Of a stretch of DNA of 64,000 nucleotides, positions 9,922-19,297 are shown piece after piece (within the stretch, counting starts at the first letter, position 1; every line of letters starts with the position of its first letter). Position numbers and translations under genes: made by a program. Source of the stretch: an uncultured Sangeribacter sp. (GTDB taxonomy: Bacteria; Bacteroidota; Bacteroidia; Bacteroidales; Muribaculaceae). The notes beneath the pieces are model-generated. The model was not told the origin of the DNA, did not search any database, and was given only the letters and a program-made list of their open reading frames with translations. The stretch lies in NCBI GenBank assembly GCA_964553075.1, contig CAZKJP010000001.1, forward strand, positions 6,339 through 70,338. Direction: 5' to 3'.

Positions 9922-11223
9922 ATGATTATGAAGAATATAAACACATTAAGATATCTCATAGCAATATGCGCATTCTCCGCCGGGTTCAGCGGAGCGATCT
10001 ACGCTGACGACTATGACGATGATATCTATTTCAATACCTCCAAGAAGAAGACTTCAAACCAGACTTCGAAGAAAAAACCGGGTTATTATATCGAGAATTT
10101 TTCGGAGCAGGATGTCGATGCCTATAATCGAAGAGGTGAGCAATATTATGAATCCTCAATCGATACCATCGGCTATGCCTCCGAACAGGGAGAGGATTTC
10201 GTATATACCCAGCAGATACAGAAGTTCTATAACCCGAAAATAGTTGTAGAGAACTCAGCTCAGTTGCAGGATATACTGGATAACTCCTACGGGAACGTGG
10301 AGATCTATTATGATTATGCAGGACTCCCCTCTTTTGCTCCCATTTATATTTCTCCCGCGTATGTCTGGAACTATACATGGGGTAATCCGTGGTACTACGG
10401 ATGGTGGTCTAATCCGGGATGGAGTATTTCTTTAGGACCATCTTGGGGCTGGGGTCCATCATTCAGTTGGAGCTGGGGTCCCTCCTGGGGATGGGGTCCC
10501 GGGTGGGGTTATGGACCTTCATGGGCTTGGGGACCCGGTTTCTCTTGGGGTGGATGGGCACCCGGCTGGGGACCTGCCTGGGGACCAAGCCGTCCCGGAT
10601 ACTGGCGTCCTAATGCAACCTGGCGTCCCAACGGGAACAGGGTGCAGCGACCTAACCGTGGATGGGCCGGAAATACAAGTCCGAATTTAGCTCACGGTGG
10701 AGGTGGAGTCGTAAATGGTGGAGGTTATACAAGTCGTCCCGGTAATTCAATGTCGGCTCCCGGAATGTCCGGCGCACGTCCCTCAAACAATTCCTCTGCT
10801 GCTAATTCCGGCAATGCTACCAATTACCGAGGAAGTCGCGGAAAAAATTCCCAAACTGCTTCCTCTTCTTCCAACGGTAACAAGAAAGGCACTACCAATA
10901 AAGTGCAGAATACCGGCTCCTCCTCTTCTAATTCTTCAAGAACCGGAAGATATACCTACAATGGAGAGACCATTACAGGTACATACAGTGGTTCGTCTTC
11001 CTCGAATGGGAATAATTCTTCGACAAGATATTCAAATTCATCGAGTCAGAGTAATTCGTCTACAAGGTATAATTCCAATACGAACTCTTCTAACAGTTCC
11101 AGGTCGAGCTCTTCAGGAAGATATAGCAGTGGTTCCTCTTCTCGTTCCTCCGGTTCCTCTTCTTCAGGTAGAAGCTCCTCCGGTGGAGGTGCGGCTCGCG
11201 GTTCTCGGGGTGGCCGTCGATAA
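9922..11223 (+). CDS. Exported protein with Trp/Gly/Pro repeats and a Ser/Gly/Arg-rich disordered tail
   Basis: Signal peptide, YDDDIY motif, DVDAYNRRG, central WGP repeats and a low-complexity C-terminus. Precedes an outer-membrane barrel gene. Confidence 0.8.
   Translation: MIMKNINTLRYLIAICAFSAGFSGAIYADDYDDDIYFNTSKKKTSNQTSKKKPGYYIENFSEQDVDAYNRRGEQYYESSIDTIGYASEQGEDFVYTQQIQKFYNPKIVVENSAQLQDILDNSYGNVEIYYDYAGLPSFAPIYISPAYVWNYTWGNPWYYGWWSNPGWSISLGPSWGWGPSFSWSWGPSWGWGPGWGYGPSWAWGPGFSWGGWAPGWGPAWGPSRPGYWRPNATWRPNGNRVQRPNRGWAGNTSPNLAHGGGGVVNGGGYTSRPGNSMSAPGMSGARPSNNSSAANSGNATNYRGSRGKNSQTASSSSNGNKKGTTNKVQNTGSSSSNSSRTGRYTYNGETITGTYSGSSSSNGNNSSTRYSNSSSQSNSSTRYNSNTNSSNSSRSSSSGRYSSGSSSRSSGSSSSGRSSSGGGAARGSRGGRR
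10435..10590 (+). repeat. Coding tandem repeat, about 18-nt units encoding (S/G)W(G/S/A)WGP
   Basis: GPSWGWGPSFSWSWGPSWGWGPGWGYGPSWAWGPGFSWGGWAPGWGPAWGPS. Confidence 0.85.
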
Positions 11224-11237
11224 CTAAAAATTTTCTT

Positions 11238-11277
11238 CTCTCGCAGTAAAAGGTAAGGCGACCTTTTGCTGTGAGAG
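11238..11277 (+). terminator. 17-bp intergenic stem-loop (partial terminator or mRNA stabiliser)
   Basis: CTCTCGCAGTAAAAGGT-AAGGCG-ACCTTTTGCTGTGAGAG. Two G-U pairs on the + transcript, followed by only TTT. Confidence 0.6.
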
Positions 11278-11311
11278 TTTCCATATTATTTGTAATAACT
11301 TTACATCATAC

Positions 11312-13036
11312 ATGATGAATAAACTATACATCGCAGGAGCATTAGCTCTTATTCCTTTTGTGGCATCGGCTCAAAGTGCTATCGATGCCGGAAGGTTTTC
11401 ACAGTCAGATATTCGAGGAACAGCCCGATTCATGGCAATGGGCGGAGCATTCGGAGCATTAGGGGGGGACTTATCCACACTTTCCCAGAACCCCGGAGGT
11501 ATCGGGGTATACCGCAAACAGGAAATAGGTTTCACGATTGATCTGGATCAACAACGTGCAACTTCGACCTCTTTCGATTCCAAGACTGATACCAAGCAGA
11601 CCAAATTTTACCTGAACAATATCGGAGGCGTTGCATCCTTTGCTACTTCCGGATCAGTATTCCGCAACTTTAATCTTGGCTTCACATACAATCGCGCAGC
11701 CTCGTTTAATAACCGATATAAAGGAGTAATACCGCAGCTTGGCAATTCTCTCAGTAATTATTTCGCCGGTGTAGCTAATGGCGCTCAGGTTTCTGAGAAG
11801 GAATTGGATACTTCTGATCCTTATTTCGATGGAGTTGTTCCCTGGAGTTCCATACTGTGTTACGACAGTTATCTAATATACCCTACCGGTGATGGAGAAA
11901 TTCCTAATTGGGTTGGCCAATGGTCTCAGGGTCTTACTACCGGTGCGGGAGCATTTGATATCGAAGAAAAAGGTGCCGTTAATGAGTACAACATTGCATT
12001 AGGCGGTAATATTTCCGACCTTGTTTTCTGGGGTATGGATTTTGGAATTACTGATTTTTCTTATACTATGAATGCCCTATGGCAGGAAAACTTACAGAAT
12101 GCTGCTATTGATGAGAACTTTGTAAATCCAGATAAGCCCGTCAACACCAATTTGGTACCTGGTCAATCGAATTGGGCTCTTGCCAATTATTACAAAGTAA
12201 CCGGTTATGGATTCAATTACAAGTTAGGTTTTATAATTACTCCGATTCCTGAACTGAGGTTAGGCGTAGCTATGCACACACCTACATGGTATTCCCTCAA
12301 GGAAGACTTCATGGGGAGCGTTACGAGCCGTTATGGCAACGAAACCAAGACTAATACGGATTATACAAATGGTGGTATCAACGGCTTCAACCAGTACAAT
12401 TACCGGTCTCCATGGAAGTTTATCTTCAGTGCCGCCGGAGTTATAGATGGTCAATTTATTATTTCAGCGGATTACGAACTCTCTACCCCGCAGAAGATGA
12501 AATTCTCACCCTATACCGGCAACAATGGGGGGTATTACGATGATTACTATGATGACTATTATGATTGGGAGTATGGGTATTATGCTCCTTCTCGTGCAGA
12601 ATTCATAAATCCGGCTAACAATAATGTGAATGATCCGTATTATTGGGAGAACAAAGATATTCAGACTTATTATAAAACCCAGAGCATGGTTCGCATAGGT
12701 GCTGAATATCGTGTTATCCCCCAGTTCTCTCTTCGGGCCGGCTTTGCCTACCAGACTTCTCCTGTGAAGCAGGAAGTAAAGGATAATCTTGTAACTGTTG
12801 AGACAGCCGGAACTCTACCTAATTATACTTTAGATAACGATTCTTATTATATCTCCTTCGGAGTAGGATACCGTTATCAGAAGTTTTATGCTGACTTGAC
12901 ATATCAGTATCGGCATCGCTCAGCTGAGTATCATGCCTATACTCCGGATCCGAGTACTCCGGCAATACCCTCTCCCCAATCGAAACTCTCTTTGGAAAAC
13001 AATAATATCGTACTTTCCATGGGTTTCAAATTCTAA
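11312..13036 (+). CDS. FadL/OmpP1-like outer-membrane beta-barrel transporter
   Basis: Signal peptide, GTARFMAMGGAFGALGGD..NPGG hatch motif and C-terminal Phe (MGFKF). Confidence 0.85.
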   Translation: MMNKLYIAGALALIPFVASAQSAIDAGRFSQSDIRGTARFMAMGGAFGALGGDLSTLSQNPGGIGVYRKQEIGFTIDLDQQRATSTSFDSKTDTKQTKFYLNNIGGVASFATSGSVFRNFNLGFTYNRAASFNNRYKGVIPQLGNSLSNYFAGVANGAQVSEKELDTSDPYFDGVVPWSSILCYDSYLIYPTGDGEIPNWVGQWSQGLTTGAGAFDIEEKGAVNEYNIALGGNISDLVFWGMDFGITDFSYTMNALWQENLQNAAIDENFVNPDKPVNTNLVPGQSNWALANYYKVTGYGFNYKLGFIITPIPELRLGVAMHTPTWYSLKEDFMGSVTSRYGNETKTNTDYTNGGINGFNQYNYRSPWKFIFSAAGVIDGQFIISADYELSTPQKMKFSPYTGNNGGYYDDYYDDYYDWEYGYYAPSRAEFINPANNNVNDPYYWENKDIQTYYKTQSMVRIGAEYRVIPQFSLRAGFAYQTSPVKQEVKDNLVTVETAGTLPNYTLDNDSYYISFGVGYRYQKFYADLTYQYRHRSAEYHAYTPDPSTPAIPSPQSKLSLENNNIVLSMGFKF

Positions 13037-13080
13037 GACCCGGCCCCAGTTTCTCTTAAATCTTATGAGATGGGGTCTAA
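13034..13080. repeat. 47-bp long-variant copy of the palindromic repeat; begins at the OMP stop codon
   Basis: TAAGACCCGGCCCCAGTTTCTCTTAAATCTTATGAGATGGGGTCTAA. Confidence 0.9.
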
Positions 13081-13108
13081 ATCTTGTCTGAGAGAAATTT
13101 TCAAAACA

Positions 13109-13146
13109 ATAAAGGGTCGCGTGAACAGTATCACGCGACCCTTTAT
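13109..13146. terminator. Intrinsic terminator between convergent genes, probably bidirectional
   Basis: Perfect 16-bp stem ATAAAGGGTCGCGTGA-ACAGTA-TCACGCGACCCTTTAT. Confidence 0.85.
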
Positions 13147-13165
13147 CATTGATTTCTATAACTGT

Positions 13166-14797
13166 TTATTTCATAAACATCTTAACGCGGTTCCAGCGAC
13201 CGTCAAGAGCATCAGGAACCTTGTCCACGTCCTCGGATTCCTTGAAGTTCTTAAACTGAGACTGACTCCAGATGAACGGCAACTGACGGATATGGGCAGT
13301 ACCATACTTCATCCAGAATGAAGTCTTTTCACCGTTGATATCAGGAACCTTAGAAAGGTTCTTCAAGGTATCAAGGATCATCTCGCGAGAGAAGGCCTTT
13401 GCATCGATAGAACCATCAGGACGGGTTCTTGGCATTTCTGTAGTACCATATCCAAGATCCCAACGACCATAGATTGAAAGCGGTTCCCTGTCTTCAGTAT
13501 ATGTAACCAGATCCTTAGCTGTCTCCATGTCCTGGACTGTATCAATACGAGCCCAGAGCTGATTACGGCGCATCGGTCTCAGGTTCATGCTCTCCAGCTC
13601 ATAACCAACCCAGAAGCTTACCGGCTGATTGACTCCGAAGATATGAGTAGGAGTGATCAGGTGGTGATCATAATCGAGGTGGTTAGGAACGTAACCCGTG
13701 GAATCCTTCATCTGGATATCCTTACTGTTACATTTGAAGAGGACGAAACGATTGTAACTCATATCGAGCAGGCCGATTTCTCCTGTATTGGCATCGATGA
13801 TCTGATAACCGTTCAGATAAGTACCGGTATTGTCCAAAGAACAATATTCGTAGAACTCATCTATGCTGCGGGAGAATTGCTCAGCTGCAGCAGAACGGTA
13901 AGTCAACCATACACCAAGTACCTTTGGTTCATCATAAAGGTCAACGTGGGTAGTCTCATTGAAGCCGATACCGTTACCGTTGAAACCGAAGTCGGTATTG
14001 GATCCGAACTGACCTTGACAGTTGGCATTCTGAGTTACGAAGTCATCGCCGATGCAATATGTAACGGCACAAGACTGAGCCCAGAAGCAGCACCAGGAAT
14101 TATGTGTCCAGTAGATATTACCGTCAGGCATAATCTTGGTGAAAGCAGTACAGTGATCCGGTTTCTCTTCAGGAGAAAGCTTCTTAGCCGTTCCGTATCC
14201 CATCACCAAACCGATCTTGTCGCCAACTGCGTCGAAGAGGTCATATTGGGAATTGATGAAGATTTCATCGAGGAAGGTCAGAGGCTGGTCTCCTGAATGA
14301 AGTACACTCTGCTCAGCAGGATAGGAAGAAAGAAGAAGGTCTTCGAACTTCACATCTTTCTTAGGGTCTGCATTTACAGCTCCATCATAGATACCGAGCT
14401 GACGGTACATAAGACGGATAATCTTCTCTACTTTCGGGTCATCCTTACGCTGGGAAACCCAGTCGCAAAGATAATTATAGTTCTTGATAATAGTCTCTCC
14501 GCAGGCCGAAAGGTATTCGGGTTTAACTTCAACGGAAATATTATCCTGAGGTGTAGAACCTACCAGGAAGTTTTTCCAGGAGTTGTTACGGGTAGCCAGG
14601 ATTGTCTCGCCTGTCTGAACCTTTCCCTGTACATAACCTGCATTATATTCATTTTGGAAGATGCTTACGTTCGGATTCTGAGCGTAGATTGCATAGTTCC
14701 AGTTATTATCGATACACTGGGCGAAGCCGCAGGTATACTCATCCAGCACAAACTGGGTTGCCTGGGTATTTTTGAATTTTGGGGTGTATTTAGCCAT
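13166..14797 (-). CDS. Phospholipase B-like Ntn-hydrolase, paralog 2
   Basis: HCTAFTK (Cys codon 14150-14152), THNSW, NTDF..NETT, NTGTYLNGY and GSIDAK resemble PLBD1/2 motifs. Start MAKYTPKF inferred by alignment with the paralog. Confidence 0.8.
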   Translation of the reverse strand: MAKYTPKFKNTQATQFVLDEYTCGFAQCIDNNWNYAIYAQNPNVSIFQNEYNAGYVQGKVQTGETILATRNNSWKNFLVGSTPQDNISVEVKPEYLSACGETIIKNYNYLCDWVSQRKDDPKVEKIIRLMYRQLGIYDGAVNADPKKDVKFEDLLLSSYPAEQSVLHSGDQPLTFLDEIFINSQYDLFDAVGDKIGLVMGYGTAKKLSPEEKPDHCTAFTKIMPDGNIYWTHNSWCCFWAQSCAVTYCIGDDFVTQNANCQGQFGSNTDFGFNGNGIGFNETTHVDLYDEPKVLGVWLTYRSAAAEQFSRSIDEFYEYCSLDNTGTYLNGYQIIDANTGEIGLLDMSYNRFVLFKCNSKDIQMKDSTGYVPNHLDYDHHLITPTHIFGVNQPVSFWVGYELESMNLRPMRRNQLWARIDTVQDMETAKDLVTYTEDREPLSIYGRWDLGYGTTEMPRTRPDGSIDAKAFSREMILDTLKNLSKVPDINGEKTSFWMKYGTAHIRQLPFIWSQSQFKNFKESEDVDKVPDALDGRWNRVKMFMK

Positions 14798-14825
14798 GGC
14801 TTTAAGTCTTAAAATTAAAAGGAAC

Positions 14826-16481
14826 TTACTCCATAAACATTTTAACGAGATTCCAATCGCCATCTATGGCGTCAGGAATACAGTCTACTTCTTCCGGCTG
14901 CTTGAAATCAGCCCATATTGACTGAGACCAGATAAACGGAGTCCCATCCAGATACGGAGAACCGAACTTCATCCAGAAACTTGTCTTCTGACCATCGATA
15001 CTCGGCTTCATGCTAAGCGAAGCAAGCACTTTCTTGATGTCCGAGGTAGAGAAGACCTTAGCATCGATCGCACCATGAGGTTGATAACGCAAGAACTCAG
15101 ATGTACCGTAGTTCTTATCCCAACGACCTGCGATAGAGATAGGCTCGTTATCCGAATTGTAAGTGATAAGTCTCTTGGCGCTATCTATGTCATGCACATT
15201 GGCAATGTTACGGTAGAGTTGGTAACGACGCTTAGGTGCTCCATCAATAGTCTGAAGCTCACGCCAGATACGCTTGTAGATCGGGTCATTGCAACCGAGT
15301 ACATAGCTTTCGCTGATCATGTGGTGGTCATAATCAAGGAAGTTGGGCTTGTAACCGGTAGAATCCTTAACGGTAAGAGTCTCACCGTTTCCTTTGAAGA
15401 GGGCGAAACGTGCGTAACTCATATCGATCATACCGAACTCTTCCCTATAGGCATCTACGAGCATGTAGGCGTTCAGATAGGTTCCTGTGTTGTCCATTGA
15501 GATGTAGTCATAGAACTCATCGATGGACTTAGAGAAAGATTCTGCAGCGGCAGCACGCCAGGTAATCCATAAACCCTTGGTCTTCGATTCATTGTAGAAA
15601 TAGGTTTCTGTGGTCTCATTGAAACCGATACCATGTCCATTGAAACCGAAATCGGTATTTGAACCGAACTGACCCGGACAGAATGAATTCTGGGTAAGGA
15701 AGTCAGACCCGATAACATAAGTGATAGCGCAACTCTGAGCCATTAGGCAGCACCAAGAGGTGTGAACCCAGAAAATTTCACCATTCTCCATCTTCTTCAC
15801 GAAACCTGAGCAGCGGTCGAGCTTCAGATGTTCGGGGTGACAGATGTCGCCTGAGTTGTGTTCCCCATCTTCAGCCGCTCTACCCTCCTTTGCAAAGAGC
15901 TGACCGAGAGGCTTAGAGATAGCATCCCAAAGGTCCATCTGTGCATTCAAGAAATAGATATCGATGAAAGTCAGAGGCTCATCGCCAGAGTGCATCTTCG
16001 AGTCTTCAGCATCCATGTTGGCAAGTTTCAGATCCTCGAATTTAACATCTTTCAGAGGCTCCTTATCTGCTGCGCCATGGTAGATACCGAGCATACGGTA
16101 CATCAGACGGATAATGCTCTGAGTCTTGGAATCTGCCTGATTCTTCTCAGCCCAGTCGCAAAGATAGTTGTAGTTCTCTATCAGTGCATCTGTAGCTAAT
16201 TCCACAGCTCCATCAGGAGGCGTTACAGAATCTGCACCCGGGCCCTCATCAAGTACATACCAGCGCCATGTGTTGTTGCGGGTAGCCTTGATTACATGAT
16301 TGGTCTGTACCTTGCCCTGAACGTAGCCGGCGTTATACTCATTCTGATAAATGCTCACGCCGGGATCCTGAGCATAAACCGCGTAGTTCCAGTTGTTGTC
16401 GATACACTGGGCAAAGCCACGGGTGTACTCGTTGAGCACATACTCACGAGGCTTCGTGTTTTTAAAATTGGGTTGATACAT
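14826..16481 (-). CDS. Phospholipase B-like Ntn-hydrolase, paralog 1
   Basis: RCSGFVK (Cys codon 15810-15812), VHTSW, NTGTYLNAY and PHGAIDAKV. Colinear with the downstream paralog. No signal peptide. Confidence 0.8.
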   Translation of the reverse strand: MYQPNFKNTKPREYVLNEYTRGFAQCIDNNWNYAVYAQDPGVSIYQNEYNAGYVQGKVQTNHVIKATRNNTWRWYVLDEGPGADSVTPPDGAVELATDALIENYNYLCDWAEKNQADSKTQSIIRLMYRMLGIYHGAADKEPLKDVKFEDLKLANMDAEDSKMHSGDEPLTFIDIYFLNAQMDLWDAISKPLGQLFAKEGRAAEDGEHNSGDICHPEHLKLDRCSGFVKKMENGEIFWVHTSWCCLMAQSCAITYVIGSDFLTQNSFCPGQFGSNTDFGFNGHGIGFNETTETYFYNESKTKGLWITWRAAAAESFSKSIDEFYDYISMDNTGTYLNAYMLVDAYREEFGMIDMSYARFALFKGNGETLTVKDSTGYKPNFLDYDHHMISESYVLGCNDPIYKRIWRELQTIDGAPKRRYQLYRNIANVHDIDSAKRLITYNSDNEPISIAGRWDKNYGTSEFLRYQPHGAIDAKVFSTSDIKKVLASLSMKPSIDGQKTSFWMKFGSPYLDGTPFIWSQSIWADFKQPEEVDCIPDAIDGDWNLVKMFME

Positions 16482-16508
16482 GATAATGTTTTTTATAATT
16501 GGTTTTGG

Positions 16509-17894
16509 TTATTTAGACGCGGTGCTTACCTTGACAGCTTCATGGGAAACAGTCTGAGTATCGGCGCCGGCGGCTTCTTTTACACTATCCGAAGAGATTG
16601 CGGTTTTAGCTGAATCAGCTATACCCTTTACTACTTCCTTAGCTCCAGCTTTTTCTCCATCCTTATCATTGTGGCCATGATCGCGGATATCTACATATAT
16701 CTTGCGGATAATAACAATGATAGCGGCGATGATACACATCCACAAGCAGATGCGGAATGCTACGATAGGATGAGTCTGGGTCGAAGCGTGGAATACTTTT
16801 GCGATACCATCAATAATGAAGGGAGCTACTACGTTACCGATCGAATCCATAGAAGCGAACCATGCCAATGTCAGGGTCAATGCTATACGGCTTGAGGCAA
16901 CAGAAAGCTTATTATAGTAGTAAGGCTGGGCTATTCCGTAGAAATAAGTGGCGATAAGGATACCGAGACCGACGATAATCACATCACTCCAGAAGGTCAT
17001 CAGAGCGAAACCAGCTGCTATGAAAAGTATGCAGACTACGGCTACTTTATTTTTGATAACACGGAGACAGTAATTCAGAGTGTAACCTGAGATCATTATA
17101 CCGAAGAACAGTACTGAAGTAAGATCGCCGGCTGTAGAGGAGTCAGTGTACCTGAACGGTATGTAAAGGCTAATAGCAGCAATTACCAGTGTGATGAAGA
17201 AATAGTAAGCGCAATAGCGAACAAGCATCTTCACATTCACCTGCTGTGAGAACTTATAGTGAACCTTTGTAGGAGTGGCAGCCTCTTTATCCTTACGGAG
17301 CTGAGCCGGTTCCTTGATATATTTTGCGAAACCTTTGGCAAAGAACAGAGGCACAAACGGAAGCAGGTAAATAATGAACGGCAGACGCCAATTGATCTTC
17401 GCAAGATAACCGGTTGCAATTACGCAAGCCATCAAGACAAGGTTCAAGGTAGCGGAAGTATAACCGTACTGAGCTGTTCTCTTTTCACCATTGAAAAGGT
17501 CTGCGATGAACGCACTGGCAAGAGGACTCAGGATACCGGCAGCTATACCGATCAAGAAACTCAATATGATCAGGGTGATCATGTTCGGGACAAAGAAGAA
17601 CAGGGCACCGCAGATACCGTAAGCGAGACATGTCCATGTAGTCAGCTTACTGTTGTTCAGTTTTGTACCGATCCAACCGCCAAGGAATACGAACGGTATG
17701 GCTGCGAAGTTAGGACCGATGGTGAGGAATTGGGATTCAAGAGCTGAAGTTCCCGGAAATATCCTCGTCAAATCTCCCATAATTGGCGAAATCGCCAGCC
17801 CCGGAATTGATGTACAGATAAAAATTACGTACAGATTGAATACGGCCCATAGGGGCAAGGTATTGTTGCCGTATCCGGATTTTATGCGCAACAT
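16509..17894 (-). CDS. MFS transporter
   Basis: About 12 hydrophobic helices. PGLAISPIMG and INW motifs shared with 19734..21047. Confidence 0.85.
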   Translation of the reverse strand: MLRIKSGYGNNTLPLWAVFNLYVIFICTSIPGLAISPIMGDLTRIFPGTSALESQFLTIGPNFAAIPFVFLGGWIGTKLNNSKLTTWTCLAYGICGALFFFVPNMITLIILSFLIGIAAGILSPLASAFIADLFNGEKRTAQYGYTSATLNLVLMACVIATGYLAKINWRLPFIIYLLPFVPLFFAKGFAKYIKEPAQLRKDKEAATPTKVHYKFSQQVNVKMLVRYCAYYFFITLVIAAISLYIPFRYTDSSTAGDLTSVLFFGIMISGYTLNYCLRVIKNKVAVVCILFIAAGFALMTFWSDVIIVGLGILIATYFYGIAQPYYYNKLSVASSRIALTLTLAWFASMDSIGNVVAPFIIDGIAKVFHASTQTHPIVAFRICLWMCIIAAIIVIIRKIYVDIRDHGHNDKDGEKAGAKEVVKGIADSAKTAISSDSVKEAAGADTQTVSHEAVKVSTASK

Positions 17895-17947
17895 GGTGGA
17901 ACGTTTTTATAAGTGAAACTTTGTTTTGATATATCCTTCTGATTTGA

Positions 17948-19297
17948 TCAGAAAGTAAATGATACTTGAGTCTGTATACGACTATCGTGCGCTCCACCTA
18001 TGTTCCAAGTCTGACGATGTCCCCAGAGGTATTCAACGCCCCATTGCAACCATGAGTTGAAGGTGTAGAAGCAGTTTACAGCTCCATATAAAGCATATTT
18101 ATAATTTTCGGATTCATCCAATGCATTGCAATAATCTCCGACATTCCATATTCTTGATTCAGAGAACATAGCATTGAACTGTAATTTGGAGGTAGGATTG
18201 TAGCTGACTCCGATATTGGCTCCCATCATTGGAGAGGCACTCATGCGTCCCGGTTTGGAATCGTCAGGAATGAAGCTTACAGGGTGACCGGCTATATCCT
18301 GGAGATATGCTCCTATACCTTGGCCGTAAGCCAGCTGGTAATAGAATATCCACTTTGAATTTGGAGACAGGTTACCTGAGAGCATTGCGCCCCACCCTAA
18401 TTTATGTCTTGTCTTACCAGAAATCAAATCACGATATGCGAAATTCCTAAGCATACCGGAAATCCTCACGCGGTTCCATTCAGAGAAGGAATATTCTACC
18501 CAAGCGGGAATATCAGGAATAAGATTTTCAGCTTCCTGATAATCAGAAACCTGTTGTCCATCAAAAACTGGGTAATCTTTGCCACGGTAATATCCATTTG
18601 AAGAGTAGAACGTAGGCATGTCAAGACCAATAGCATAACGGAAACCATTGTAAGAAGGAGATTTGTAGGATATCTCATAACTTACTGCGGAAACACATCC
18701 GGAAGGACCCTCTGGGTCAATAGTCGGTGGCTGACAGGCATAATCATCCTGGAAAAGTGTGAGCTTCATACCGGCGGTGAAATTTCGGTATGTTACGTAT
18801 GCTCTCTGAAGGACTATATCGGAATTGATACCATTTGTTCCGACCTTAACATAACCGGTAATTTCATTTGGGGTTCCGGCCATTCCAACAACTTGGAAAT
18901 CGATTGCTCCATTGAGCGGATTGATGTAGAAATCACCTTTTTTACCTTTCTGAGCCGGTACGGGAATCGCTGAAGTTACGAAACTTGGACCTGCTCCGGG
19001 CTGATTGTACAGGTTGTTACCGATGTCATATCCTAAGATCGGATTGATAACGCCTCCTATAGTCAATAGGAATTTATCGTCCGAAGTCTTTACCACGAAC
19101 TTCGGAGTTGGAATTGAATTCGCCTCCTGAGGTCGGGACTTTTTAAGGATTTCAGCAACTTTTGGGGTAGTTCGAACAATCTCCAGACGGGTGCCCGATG
19201 GAATCGTGTCGTTACTCTCCCGTTCCTCTGCGAACGCCTCGGCGGTCATAATGCCGGGCAATGCCAGGGAAAGAATCAAGGAAGTGCATGTTTTCAT
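17948..19297 (-). CDS. DcaP-family outer-membrane porin
   Basis: Signal peptide, FVTSAIPVP, PPTIDPEGP, amphipathic beta strands and terminal 'GVEYLWG...RIQTQVSFTF'. Confidence 0.75.
   Translation of the reverse strand: MKTCTSLILSLALPGIMTAEAFAEERESNDTIPSGTRLEIVRTTPKVAEILKKSRPQEANSIPTPKFVVKTSDDKFLLTIGGVINPILGYDIGNNLYNQPGAGPSFVTSAIPVPAQKGKKGDFYINPLNGAIDFQVVGMAGTPNEITGYVKVGTNGINSDIVLQRAYVTYRNFTAGMKLTLFQDDYACQPPTIDPEGPSGCVSAVSYEISYKSPSYNGFRYAIGLDMPTFYSSNGYYRGKDYPVFDGQQVSDYQEAENLIPDIPAWVEYSFSEWNRVRISGMLRNFAYRDLISGKTRHKLGWGAMLSGNLSPNSKWIFYYQLAYGQGIGAYLQDIAGHPVSFIPDDSKPGRMSASPMMGANIGVSYNPTSKLQFNAMFSESRIWNVGDYCNALDESENYKYALYGAVNCFYTFNSWLQWGVEYLWGHRQTWNIGGAHDSRIQTQVSFTF

Noticed and set aside
10715-11227. 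170-aa alternative-frame ORF
   Set aside because: By-product of the Ser-rich low-complexity tail of 9922..11223.
13643-16613. Long antisense ORFs (217, 171, 141, 113 and 105 aa) opposite the PLB-like genes
   Set aside because: Shadow frames expected from biased codon usage of the real genes. No recognisable motifs.
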